From: an uncultured Thermoleophilia bacterium | GTDB taxonomy: Bacteria; Actinomycetota; Thermoleophilia; UBA2241 | Direction: 5' to 3' | Assembly (NCBI GenBank): GCA_963715985.1 | Contig: CAVQSP010000014.1 | Coordinates: 192,001-256,000, forward strand | Length of the DNA: 64,000 nt | In this document: piece by piece, positions 30,373-39,105 of the stretch | How the letters are laid out: every line of letters starts with the position of its first letter | How positions within the stretch are numbered: position 1 is the first letter of the stretch | Program-made: the position numbers and the translations under genes | Notes under the pieces: model-generated | Seen by the model: only the letters and a program-made list of their open reading frames with translations | Databases searched by the model: none | What the model was told of the DNA's origin: nothing

Positions 30373-31830
30373 TCAGAAGCGGCCGGTCTCGACCGCGGCG
30401 ATGATGTCGTCGAACTCGCGACCCAGCTCCTCGGGGAGCTCGGGCGCGGGAGTGGCGAGCAGGCCGTCGGCGACGGCCCGCGCCTTGTCTTCCAGTCGCG
30501 GGCTGCCCGCGCCGGTCCACCCGTCGTAGGTGCCGGCCTCTCCGAGGCGCGCCTGCCAGAGCTCGCGCACGTGTGCGCGGGTGTGGCCGTCGAAGAGGTA
30601 GTCGCCCTTGAACCCCATCTTCTTGATGAGGTCCACGGCCAGCGTCTCGCGCTCCACGGTCACGCCGCGCAGAAGGCGCGTGACCACGCCGAACACCTCG
30701 TCGGCGATGACGAGCTCCTCGAGGCTCATCTGCTGGACGCTGTCCAGGAGCCCGGCGCCGAAGAGGAAGTCCGCGCCGGCGGAGAGCTCGAGCACCATGC
30801 CCAGCGTGTTCTCGTAGGCGCTCTGGGCCTCGGGCTGCTTGGCCTTGGTGCCGCCCCAGCCGAGGCCCGCGGGCAGGCCCCAGAAGCGCGCCATCTGCGC
30901 CTGCGCGGCGCGCAGGAGCAGCGCCTCGGGGACGTTGGCGAAGTAGGCGCCGGTGCGCATGTAGAGCGCCGTGGGGCCGCCGGCGTGGACGAGCTTGGCG
31001 CCGGGACAGGCGAGCTGCACGGCGGTGATGGCGGCGAGGATCTCCGCCGCCCCTACCACCGCCGTCCCCGCCGGCGTGACCGGCGCCGTGGCGCCGAGGA
31101 TGGGCATGGGGTAGAGCATCATGGGGATGCCGGCCTCGGCGAGCTCGAAGGCGAGCTCCATGCCGAAGCGCTCCTGGTGGAGCGGGCTCACCGTGCACAG
31201 GATGACGGAGAAGGTCGGGCGGGCGTGGAGCTCGGCGGTGCCGCCGGCCACGGCCTCCGCCATGCGGATGAGCGGCCGCGCCTCGGTGGCGTCCTTGATG
31301 CTCACCACGATGCTGTGCTTGCGCGACGCCCGCATGCAGGCGTCGAACTCGTGCAGCACGCGGCTCTCCTCCGGCGTGTCCTGGGCCGAGACGAGGGCCG
31401 AGGTGGCCGAGAGGTTGGGCAGGCCGTCCACGACGCGGGCCGCGGCGTACACGTCCTGCTTGACGCTCGGCCGCACCGAGCCGTCGGCCTCGCGCACGAA
31501 CGTCGCGCAGCCGTCGGAGGTGAGGTAGGCGTGCTCGCCGTCCACAGGAAGGTCGAACTCGGGCGTGCGCCCGCCCAGGGTGAAGCCACTTGGCAGCGTG
31601 GCGAGCGCCTCCTCCACGGCGCTCGCCGGGATGCGCGCCACCGTGGTGTCGCGGTCCACCGTGGCCCCGTGCTCCTCGAGCACGTCCAGGGCACGGTCGT
31701 TGTGGAACATGACGCCGGTCTCGGCGAGCACGTCCAGCGCCGCCTCGTGGATGCGCTCCACGTCGGCCTCGGCGAGGATGCGCAACGGGCGCCGCCGTCC
31801 GATGTACCGTCCGTCGGCGTGTGAGATCAT
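30373..31830 (-). CDS. MttB-superfamily methyltransferase, non-pyrrolysine (paralogue 3)
   Basis: IHEAALDVLAETGV, VSPLHQE, GATAPVTPAG, AKQPEAQSAYE; ATGA overlap with racemase stop. Confidence 0.92.
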   Translation of the reverse strand: MISHADGRYIGRRRPLRILAEADVERIHEAALDVLAETGVMFHNDRALDVLEEHGATVDRDTTVARIPASAVEEALATLPSGFTLGGRTPEFDLPVDGEHAYLTSDGCATFVREADGSVRPSVKQDVYAAARVVDGLPNLSATSALVSAQDTPEESRVLHEFDACMRASRKHSIVVSIKDATEARPLIRMAEAVAGGTAELHARPTFSVILCTVSPLHQERFGMELAFELAEAGIPMMLYPMPILGATAPVTPAGTAVVGAAEILAAITAVQLACPGAKLVHAGGPTALYMRTGAYFANVPEALLLRAAQAQMARFWGLPAGLGWGGTKAKQPEAQSAYENTLGMVLELSAGADFLFGAGLLDSVQQMSLEELVIADEVFGVVTRLLRGVTVERETLAVDLIKKMGFKGDYLFDGHTRAHVRELWQARLGEAGTYDGWTGAGSPRLEDKARAVADGLLATPAPELPEELGREFDDIIAAVETGRF

Positions 31831-32930
31831 GCGTCTCCTTTCGGGACGGCCGGCGCGGTGGCCGGCGCAGCTCCCCCGCGTGCACGTACTCGAGGTCGAC
31901 ATAGGGGGAGGTCACGGCGCGTACCAGCGCCTCGTAGTCGGCCGCGAAGGCGACCTCGTCGCCCATCGCAAGCCGGCTCGGGAGTGATCAGCACGCAGAC
32001 GTCGCTGGAGGCGCCGGCGAGGTACGCGCCGGGCAGGAGCGGCCGCAGGCCGCGAGGCTCCGTGTCCCTGCGTCCGACGGCCACGAGCGCGTACCAGGCG
32101 TCTTCGGCCGGCAGCTCCACGTCGGGTTCGTGGCCGAAAGCGTCCAGGCCGCCGGGACCCTCCGGCGCCGGCGGCCTGAGGTGACACTCCAGCACTTCGG
32201 CAGTGAGCACCGGGTCGACGCGCTCGATGCCGGCCAACGGCGCCGCGCTCACGAAGTCGTACCCGTACACAGGGCCGCCGCCCGCGCGCACCTCGGTGGA
32301 GAAGCGCGGCCTGTAACCCTCGAGGTGTTGCACCACACAGGTGCCGCCGAGGCTCAGCACCGGTTCGGCGGCACAGCTCCCGGCGCAGGCCGCGAGGACG
32401 TCCTCGGCCTGATGGAACAACGCCTGCGACGGCATCTGCCCGGAGAGGCAGGCGAAGTTGACGCTGAGGCCGGCGAGCTCCACGCCCGGCGTGGCGGCCA
32501 CTTCGGCCGCGAGCGCCTGGGCGGCGTCCGGCTGCACACCTTCGCGGCGGTCGCCGAGGTCCACGGTGAGCAGGATCCGGACGGGCGCGCCGCCGGCGTG
32601 CTCACCGAGACCGCGGGCGGTGCCGGCGTCGGCGAGCAGCACGCGGTCGGCCACATGCGCCGCCGTCTCGAGCTCGTGGCGTTGCGGCGCGCGGATGAGG
32701 GTGAGAGGGCCGAGGCCGGCCGCCGCGAGCTGCTCCAGTGCGGGCAGGCGGCTGTCGGCGAGGCCGGCGGCGCCGGCCTCGAGCATCACGCGCCCGACCT
32801 GGGGTTCGCCATCGACGCACTTGGTCACGGCGGCCAGAGAGAGGCCGTGGCCGAGCAGCCCGGCGGCGAGCCGCCGGGTGGCCTCGGCCACCGCGTCCAG
32901 GTCGACAGTCAGCCGCGGACCGGCCGCCAT
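31827..32930 (-). CDS. Fold-type III PLP racemase, ornithine-racemase (Orr)-like; two compensating indels near 31970 and 31875
   Basis: AVTKC (PLP Lys), LADSR, VDLGDRREG, NFACLSG, GASSD; family-like C-terminus GDEVAFAADYEALVRAVTSPYV lies in the shifted frame. Confidence 0.85.
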   Translation of the reverse strand: MAAGPRLTVDLDAVAEATRRLAAGLLGHGLSLAAVTKCVDGEPQVGRVMLEAGAAGLADSRLPALEQLAAAGLGPLTLIRAPQRHELETAAHVADRVLLADAGTARGLGEHAGGAPVRILLTVDLGDRREGVQPDAAQALAAEVAATPGVELAGLSVNFACLSGQMPSQALFHQAEDVLAACAGSCAAEPVLSLGGTCVVQHLEGYRPRFSTEVRAGGGPVYGYDFVSAAPLAGIERVDPVLTAEVLECHLRPPAPEGPGGLDAFGHEPDVELPAEDAWYALVAVGRRDTEPRGLRPLLPGAYLAGASSDVCVLITPEPACDGRRGRLRGRLRGAGTRRDLPLCRPRVRARGGAAPATAPAVPKGDA

Positions 32931-32934
32931 CGGC

Positions 32935-33157
32935 CTAACCTGCGACGGGCCGGTCGCACCGCGCCCGAGAGTCGTGCTGGGTACCAGGCATCAACGCCCT
33001 CCACCTCGTGTGGTCGTGCTGCAGGGCGGCCCTCCGGGTGCGGCAGTACGACGTGTGAGGTGTCGTGGCCGGTGCCCGGAGGCCGCAGCGTGGTCCGGCC
33101 GTCGCAAGCGGCGTCCCGGCGGGGACGGCGGCGACGGTGCGGGACGAGGAGGAGGGC
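32935..33157 (-). promoter_or_regulatory. Candidate structured cis-regulatory leader with SD sequestration and an 18-aa uORF (32935..32991)
   Basis: 33144-33157 pairs with 32996-33009 (13/14); inner helices 33026-33038/33075-33086 and 33048-33052/33062-33066. Confidence 0.45.
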
Positions 33158-33301
33158 TTCTAAAAGTCGTGGAACTTGCCGCCCGTGAAGGCGGAGCGGC
33201 GACGATCGTGGGGCCTGACGTCAACTACGCGGGACACGCGTCTCCCGGTGCCGGTGGGTCAAAGCACGGGCAGTATACTTCGGCGGTCCGCACGCACACA
33301 A

Positions 33302-34786
33302 ATGGGGGAGACGGTGGCCTTCTGCGACGTCTACCTGACCGTCTGCGACGGCCGCCTGTGTCTGGACGGCGCCGACCTCGCGGACCTGGCGGCCGGCGTG
33401 GAGACCCCGTTCTTCGTATTCAGCGAGCGTCGCCTGCGCGACAACGTGGCCGCCGTGCGCGGCGCCTTCGCGGCGAGGCATCCGCGCAGCGAGGTGTTCT
33501 TCGCCAGCAAGGCGTGCTCCAATCTCTGGTTGCTGGACGTCGTGCGCGACGCCGGCGCGAGCGTGGAGGTCAACTCGGGCGGAGAGCTCGACAAGGCGCT
33601 GCGCGCCGGCTTCGCCCCGTCGCAGATCGTGTTCAACGGCGTCGCCAAGACGCGCACCGAGATCGCCGCTGCCGTGCGCCTGGGCGTGCGCGCCCTGCTC
33701 GTGGACTCGCTCTGCGAGCTGGACCGCATCGCCGCGGTGGCGGCCGAGCTCGGTACGATTGCCGAAGTGGCCCCGCGCATCGACGTCCACGTGCCGGCGC
33801 TCACGCATCCCGGCCTGGAGACGGCCTTCGGCGGCAAGGCCGGCATCGACCGTGACGACGCGGCGGAGGCGTTCCGGCGCGCCGCCGCCGATCCGTGGCT
33901 GGACCCGGCGGGCCTGCACCTGCATGTGGGCTCGCAGATCGCGAGCGCCGCCCCGTACCGGCAGGCCGTGGGGACGGCCCTCGACCTCGTGGCCGAGGTC
34001 GAGGCCGCGGCCGGCCTGCGCTTGCGCTTCCTCGACGCCGGCGGCGGGTTCGCCGTGCCGTATGCGGAGGCCGGCATCCCGTCGGCGGCCGGCGCGTTCA
34101 CGGCGGCGCCCGACTCCTTTGCTCCCGAGGTCGCCGCTCCCGGGGCCGGCGCTGCAGCCACCGTGCCGGGGCCGGCCACGCCGCCGGCCGGGCACTACTT
34201 CGCCAGTGAGGTGACGCTGGACGAATATGCGGCCGCCGTCTGCGCCCCGCTGCTGGCCCGGCGCCCGGACCTGGCGCTGTTCCTCGAGCCCGGCCGCTCC
34301 ATCGCCGCGACGACGGGCGTGCTGGTGACGCGAGTGGAGAGCGAGAAGACCAAGCGCGTGCGCGACGGGGCCGGCCGGGTGGTGGGGGAGCAGCGCTGGC
34401 TCACCATCGACGCCGGCTTCAACACGCTGCTCGAGCACACCAACTATGCGTGGTACTTCCGTGCCGCTGTGGCCGGCCGGGCCGGCGAGCGCTCGGACAC
34501 TCCGTTCCGGCTCGCCGGCCCGCTCTGCGACGGCGGCGACGTGTACGCCGGCGACGGCGCCTCACCGTTTCGCCTGTTCCCGGCCGGCACGGGGCCGGGC
34601 GACCTCGTGGTGTTCCGGGACGTGGGCGGCTACACGCTCGAGATGATGAACGACTACAACGCCCGTCCCCGCGCCGCCGCGTACGCCGTGACCTCTGCGG
34701 GCGAGGTCGTGGAGGTCCGGCGGCGAGAGACGAGCGATGACCTCATGCGTCTGGACCGCGTCCCGCGGCGCGACGGCGCACAGTGA
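33302..34786 (+). CDS. Fold-type III PLP decarboxylase (LysA/ODC family), most like D-ornithine/D-lysine decarboxylase
   Basis: TPFFVFSE, FFASKACS, QIVFNGVAK, HLHVGSQ, GGG, EPGR, LAGPLCDGGD, YNARPR; TATACT at 33274-33279 upstream. Confidence 0.85.
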   Translation: MGETVAFCDVYLTVCDGRLCLDGADLADLAAGVETPFFVFSERRLRDNVAAVRGAFAARHPRSEVFFASKACSNLWLLDVVRDAGASVEVNSGGELDKALRAGFAPSQIVFNGVAKTRTEIAAAVRLGVRALLVDSLCELDRIAAVAAELGTIAEVAPRIDVHVPALTHPGLETAFGGKAGIDRDDAAEAFRRAAADPWLDPAGLHLHVGSQIASAAPYRQAVGTALDLVAEVEAAAGLRLRFLDAGGGFAVPYAEAGIPSAAGAFTAAPDSFAPEVAAPGAGAAATVPGPATPPAGHYFASEVTLDEYAAAVCAPLLARRPDLALFLEPGRSIAATTGVLVTRVESEKTKRVRDGAGRVVGEQRWLTIDAGFNTLLEHTNYAWYFRAAVAGRAGERSDTPFRLAGPLCDGGDVYAGDGASPFRLFPAGTGPGDLVVFRDVGGYTLEMMNDYNARPRAAAYAVTSAGEVVEVRRRETSDDLMRLDRVPRRDGAQ

Positions 34787-34825
34787 GGCGCCGCCGCGGC
34801 CCCCGCAGCGGGCCGCGGCGGCGCC
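34787..34825. terminator. 16-bp GC hairpin between convergent genes
   Basis: GGCGCCGCCGCGGCCC-N7-GGGCCGCGGCGGCGCC. Confidence 0.7.
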
Positions 34826-34831
34826 CTCAGG

Positions 34832-35969
34832 TCAGCCGATCACCCAGTACGGACGCACCCGCGCGAACCGGTACTGTGTGGACGAGTACCCCATCTTCCA
34901 GAACGTGTGGTAGTAGTCGGTGGTGTGGGCGTCGACCACCTTCTGGTTGGCGCTGTTGGTGCCCACCACCATGGCAACGTGATCCCACACCCCGTCTCCA
35001 CTCCAGTCGTAGTAGACCATGTCGCCCGTGCCGATGCTGTTGATGCTGGACCTCCAGTCGGTGCGGAGCCCGTTCCAGAAGCCGAACTGCTTGGCCACGT
35101 TGATCCAGCTCCAGCTGTAGCTGTCGTCCGACGGCGACGACGTGTTCTTGTTCTGGTACCACCAGCCGGTGTCCCAGGCGCCGAGGTTGACCGGCATGCT
35201 GCCTGCCCGCGCGCCCTGCGACACGAAGTTGGCGCAGTCGGCGCCGAAGCGCACGTAGGTCGGGTTGTACGAGAGACAGTAGCGGTCCGCGTAGGCGGCG
35301 GCGCTGTCGCGCTGGTAGTAGATGCGGTCGTTGTACGTACGGCCGGGCGAGCTGACGTCCGTCCGGCGGATGCGCGACCTGTGGGGCCGCCGGCTTCGAC
35401 GTCTTCTCGAGACGGCGCGCCGCGCGCTGCGCCTCGTCCTGGGCGCCGGCGTCCTCCAGGTAGGCCGGGACCATCACGTCCGAGTAGGAGTCGTCGGTCA
35501 CGCGCCACCCGCGGGTGCTCCGGGCCAGCGTGACGACGTGGTCTACCCCCGAGGCCTCGGTGTCGGGCTGCAGGGCCGCGGTGTGCCAGATCAGGGTGGT
35601 GATGACGTGGGCGCTCACGGTCGCGGTGTCGCCGGCGATCGCGACATCGCCCACGGTCACGGCCGTGTCGACGGAGTCGACGAGGTGCCCGAGACGCGCC
35701 GCGTGCAGCACGGTGCCGCGGGCCACCGCCCGCTCCCTGCCGAGCAGGCGAGAGCCGGGCGCGACCAGGGCGGCCATGGCCGAGGCGGGATCGCCCGCGG
35801 TGACGGCGGCGGCGCGGGCCCGGAGGTAGGCCGTGGCCACGGTCGCCGGATCGGCGTCGGGTGCAGCTGCCGTGCGTCCGGCGCTCGCTGCGGCCGGGCC
35901 TGCCGCCACCGCTCCGGCGATGACGGCGAGCGCCACCGCGACGAGGAAGGACCGGTGTCGTCGGTTCAT
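34832..35969 (-). CDS. Secreted putative amidase (Amidase_6 / NlpC-P60-like); +1 frameshift near 35340
   Basis: Signal peptide; shifted frame gives AAAYADRY...DCANFVSQ...GDMVYYDW...DHVAMV...DAHT. Confidence 0.85.
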
Positions 35970-36496
35970 TGGGACCCCTTTCGATGAGGTTGCGGGCTCG
36001 TGGTGACGGCTGTGATCAGCCAGCCCCCCGCAGTGGTCCCGACCCTCCCCAGGGTGAAGAACAGCGTGCTCGTGCCGGGCGGCACGGGGCTGCCGCTACG
36101 CACTGTGGCGCGCACCCTGGCGGCCACGGCGACGCTGGCGGCGTCGGGCGCGGTGAAGACCCGGCCCGAGCGGAAGGAGATGCTGCGCACGGAGCGCAGC
36201 TCGCCGCGCGTCCACACGCGCGGCGCGGCGAACAGCCCTGCGGCGTCCCACAGGCGTCCGCCGTCGACGAGGTCGCAGAACGACTTGACCGTGCGGACGG
36301 CGTCCAGCGCCGCCGGTCCGTCAAAGACGGCGGCCTGTTCGTCCGTCGTCGTCTGCGGGACCCCCACGGACCCAGCCTCCGCGGCGATGGGTGCGGCGGC
36401 CTCGGGTCCGCCGCCCCCGGCGGTGCGCGCGACGCCGAGCAGAGCTGCGGCGGAGACGGCGACGAGCGCGAGTGCGATGAGGCGGCGGCGGTCCAT
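35966..36496 (-). CDS. Secreted/membrane-anchored hypothetical protein
   Basis: Signal peptide; ATGA overlap with the amidase; C-terminal GGWLITAV. Confidence 0.7.
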   Translation of the reverse strand: MDRRRLIALALVAVSAAALLGVARTAGGGGPEAAAPIAAEAGSVGVPQTTTDEQAAVFDGPAALDAVRTVKSFCDLVDGGRLWDAAGLFAAPRVWTRGELRSVRSISFRSGRVFTAPDAASVAVAARVRATVRSGSPVPPGTSTLFFTLGRVGTTAGGWLITAVTTSPQPHRKGSQ

Positions 36497-36551
36497 GCGA
36501 CGATGCTCGCGCCGCCGCCGGGTACGCGGAAGGATGACGACGCCATGGCGC

Positions 36552-36591
36552 CGGTGACGTTGCCGTCCCGCAGCGGTGACGTTGCCGTCCC
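36552..36591. repeat. Perfect 18-bp direct repeat with 22-bp period in a divergent intergenic region
   Basis: CGGTGACGTTGCCGTCCC at 36552 and 36574. Confidence 0.85.
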
Positions 36592-36636
36592 CTCACTCCT
36601 GACGCGGCTCCGGCGACGTGCGAGAATCGCGGGCGC

Positions 36637-37134
36637 ATGTCCGAGCCCCCAGCCAGCCCAGCGCCCCCGGCTTCGCCCGAGGCCGCGGAGCACGTCCCGC
36701 TGCGCGCGACCGTGCGGCGCGACCTCGCGGTCGGCTTGCGCACCGGCGTACGCACGTTCTGGGACCTCGCCAAGGTGATGGTGCCGGCCTACGGCGTCAC
36801 GCTCGTCCTCGAGCGCCTCGGGGTCATCGACTGGCTGGCACAGGCGGCCCGCCCGCTGATGTCGCTCCTGGGTCTGCCGGGCGACGCGGCCGTCCCGCTG
36901 GTCGTGGGCTACGTGCTCAACATCTACGCGGCGGTGGGCTCGATGCAGGCTCTGCACATGAGTCCCGCGCAGATCACCATCCTCGCCATCGCCATCCTCA
37001 TCGGTCACAACCTGCTGGTGGAGGGCGTCGTGCTGCACAAGGCGGGCATGAACGGCTTCGCCTTCGGTGCGCTGCGCGTTCTCGCCGGCCTCGCGGCCGC
37101 CGCCGTGGCCAACCTCCTGATGGGGCTGTTCTGA
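36637..37134 (+). CDS. Nucleoside-recognition (Gate) domain membrane protein
   Basis: PLMSLLGLPGDAA, NIYAA, GHNLLVE. Confidence 0.8.
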   Translation: MSEPPASPAPPASPEAAEHVPLRATVRRDLAVGLRTGVRTFWDLAKVMVPAYGVTLVLERLGVIDWLAQAARPLMSLLGLPGDAAVPLVVGYVLNIYAAVGSMQALHMSPAQITILAIAILIGHNLLVEGVVLHKAGMNGFAFGALRVLAGLAAAAVANLLMGLF

Positions 37135-37136
37135 CG

Positions 37137-37589
37137 ATGTGGGACCTGCTGCGCACCTTCCTCGCCGGCTCCTTCGAGCTGCTCTGGCGCATGTTCGTCA
37201 TCGTGGTGCCGATCATGGTGGTGCTCGAGCTGTTCGAGGGCACAAAGCCCTTCCGGACGGTGGTGCGAGGCTGGGCGCGGATCGTGCGCCACGTGGGTCT
37301 CGACGAGCGCTCGGCGGCGCCCACGCTCGTCGGGTTCCTGTTCGGCCTTGCCTACGGCGGCGGTGTGATCGTGCGCGACGTGCGCCGTCACGACCTCGGG
37401 CGGCGGCAGGTGTTCATCATGAGCGTCTTCCTGAGCATGGTGCACGCCATCGCCGAAGACTCCCTCATCTTCATCGCCCTCGGCGCCAGCTTCTTCTGGG
37501 TGGTCGTGTACCGCATCGCCTGGGCGGCGGCGGTGACGCTCGCGCTCACGCTGGTCGCGGGAGCGCTGGTCCGGCGCATGCGCACGTGA
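37137..37589 (+). CDS. Nucleoside-recognition (Gate) domain membrane protein, partner subunit
   Basis: GFLFGLAYGGGVI, FLSMVHAIAEDSLIF. Confidence 0.8.
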   Translation: MWDLLRTFLAGSFELLWRMFVIVVPIMVVLELFEGTKPFRTVVRGWARIVRHVGLDERSAAPTLVGFLFGLAYGGGVIVRDVRRHDLGRRQVFIMSVFLSMVHAIAEDSLIFIALGASFFWVVVYRIAWAAAVTLALTLVAGALVRRMRT

Positions 37590-37598
37590 GGGGCCGCG

Positions 37599-37647
37599 TT
37601 GACTGTGAGCTCGCGGGTCCGTAATCTTGACTGGAATTATCGAGAAT
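37599..37647 (+). promoter_or_regulatory. Sigma-70 promoter with overlapping Rrf2/IscR-like operator
   Basis: TTGACT-N17-TAATCT; imperfect palindrome TCTTGA-CTGGAATTA-TCGAGA over the -10/TSS. Confidence 0.7.
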
Positions 37648-37672
37648 CCCCTCTGCGGAGGAGCTGGTCGGC

Positions 37673-38116
37673 GTGAACATCTCCATGAAGAGCAGGTATG
37701 CGGTGCGCGCCCTCACCGAGCTCGCGCGGCGCGAGGAGTCCCAGCCGGGCAAGCCGGTGCGCCTGGCCGAGATCGCTGACAGCCGCGGCATGCCGCTCCA
37801 GTTCCTCGAGCAGGTGTTCGCGGCGCTGCGCCGGGCCGGCGTGGTGCGCAGCAGGCGGGGCGCGGCGGGCGGGTATGCGCTGGCGAAGCCGGCCGCCGAG
37901 ATCACCGTGCTCGACGTCGTGGCCGCGCTCGACGGCGTGCCCTCGCCGGCCGAGTGCACGCAGGGCCTCTGCGACCGGGTCGACGCGTGTGGGGCCGCCT
38001 CGGTGTGGATCGAGGCACAGGCGGCCCTCGAGCAGGTGCTTGGTGGCACGACGATAGGGGCCCTTCTGGCGCGCGAAGACGCACTGCGCGAACGCGCGCC
38101 GATGTACCACATCTAG
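37673..38116 (+). CDS. Rrf2-family regulator (IscR/CymR-like) with three Cys
   Basis: KSRYAVRAL, FLEQVF, SRRGAAGGYAL, ECTQGLCDRVDAC. Confidence 0.92.
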   Translation: MNISMKSRYAVRALTELARREESQPGKPVRLAEIADSRGMPLQFLEQVFAALRRAGVVRSRRGAAGGYALAKPAAEITVLDVVAALDGVPSPAECTQGLCDRVDACGAASVWIEAQAALEQVLGGTTIGALLAREDALRERAPMYHI

Positions 38117-38155
38117 AGGGACGCCTCAGGGGTGTGCCCTGCGCAAGGAGATCGT

Positions 38156-39098
38156 ATGGAACGGGCGGGCAGCATCACGGAACTCATCGGGCGCACCCCC
38201 TTGGTGCGCCTCAACCGCATCTCCGACGAGACCGGCGGCGAGGTGCTCGGCAAGCTCGAGTCGATGAACCCCGGCGGCAGCGTCAAGGACCGCATCGGCG
38301 TCGCGATGATCGCGGCCGCCGAGCGGGACGGGCGCATCGCTCCGGGCCGGACGACCCTCATCGAGCCGACCAGCGGCAACACCGGCATCGCCCTCGCCAT
38401 GGTGGCGGCCGCGCGCGGGTACGACATGGTGCTCACCATGCCCGACACCATGAGCGCGGAGCGGCGCACCATCCTCCAGGCGTACGGCGCGCGCCTCGTG
38501 CTCACCCCGGGCGCGGACGGCATGGCCGGAGCCGTGCAGAAGGCGCTGGCCCTGGCCGCCGAGACTGAGGACTCGTTCGTGCCGCAGCAGTTCGAGAACC
38601 CGGCCAACCCCGAGATCCACCGGCTCACCACGGCCGAGGAGATCTGGGCCGACACCGGTGGCGAGGTGGACGCGTTCGTGGCCGGCGTCGGGACCGGCGG
38701 CACCCTGACGGGGGTCGGCGACGGTGCTCCGCGAGCGCCGCCCCGGCGTGCTCATCGTCGCCGTGGAGCCGTCTGACTCCGCCGTGCTCTCCGGCGGACG
38801 GCCGGGGGCGCATCGCATCCAGGGCATCGGCGCCGGCTTCGTACCCAAGGTCCTGGACACCGGCATCTACGACAAGGTGATGCGGGTGAGCGGTGACGAC
38901 GCCTCCGCCACGGCGCGCGACCTCGCGCGCCACGAAGGCATTCTCGTGGGCATCTCGGCCGGCGCCAACGTGTGGGCCGCCGGCCAGGTCGCGCGCCGTC
39001 CCGAGATGCAGGGCAAGGTCATCGTCACCGTGCTCTGCGACACCGGTGAGCGCTATCTGTCCACGCCGCTCTTCGGCGACCTGGGCGGAGGGGAGTGA
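38156..39098 (+). CDS. cysK: Cysteine synthase A; +1 frameshift near 38720
   Basis: [37 protein letters not shown]; shifted frame [10 protein letters not shown]...DTGERYLST. Confidence 0.95.
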
Positions 39099-39105
39099 CC
39101 GCGCC

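Noticed and set aside
18592-31830. Pyrrolysine-containing MttB
   Set aside because: All three ORFs are full length without an internal TAG, and no pyl genes are present
29948-31966. 672-aa ORF overlapping the MttB genes
   Set aside because: Only the first ~30 aa are real (frameshifted racemase C-terminus); the rest is an off-frame shadow
32975-32990. T-box riboswitch (TGGTACC present on the minus strand)
   Set aside because: The motif lies downstream of the SD, lacks the usual flanking consensus, and I could not identify a stem I or specifier loop
33302-34786. Naming the decarboxylase lysA
   Set aside because: Cys-Asp rather than Cys-Glu and the racemase context point to a different specificity
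38700-38730. Programmed frameshifting in cysK (and murF)
   Set aside because: No slippery heptamer or stimulatory structure; same indel pattern as unrelated genes
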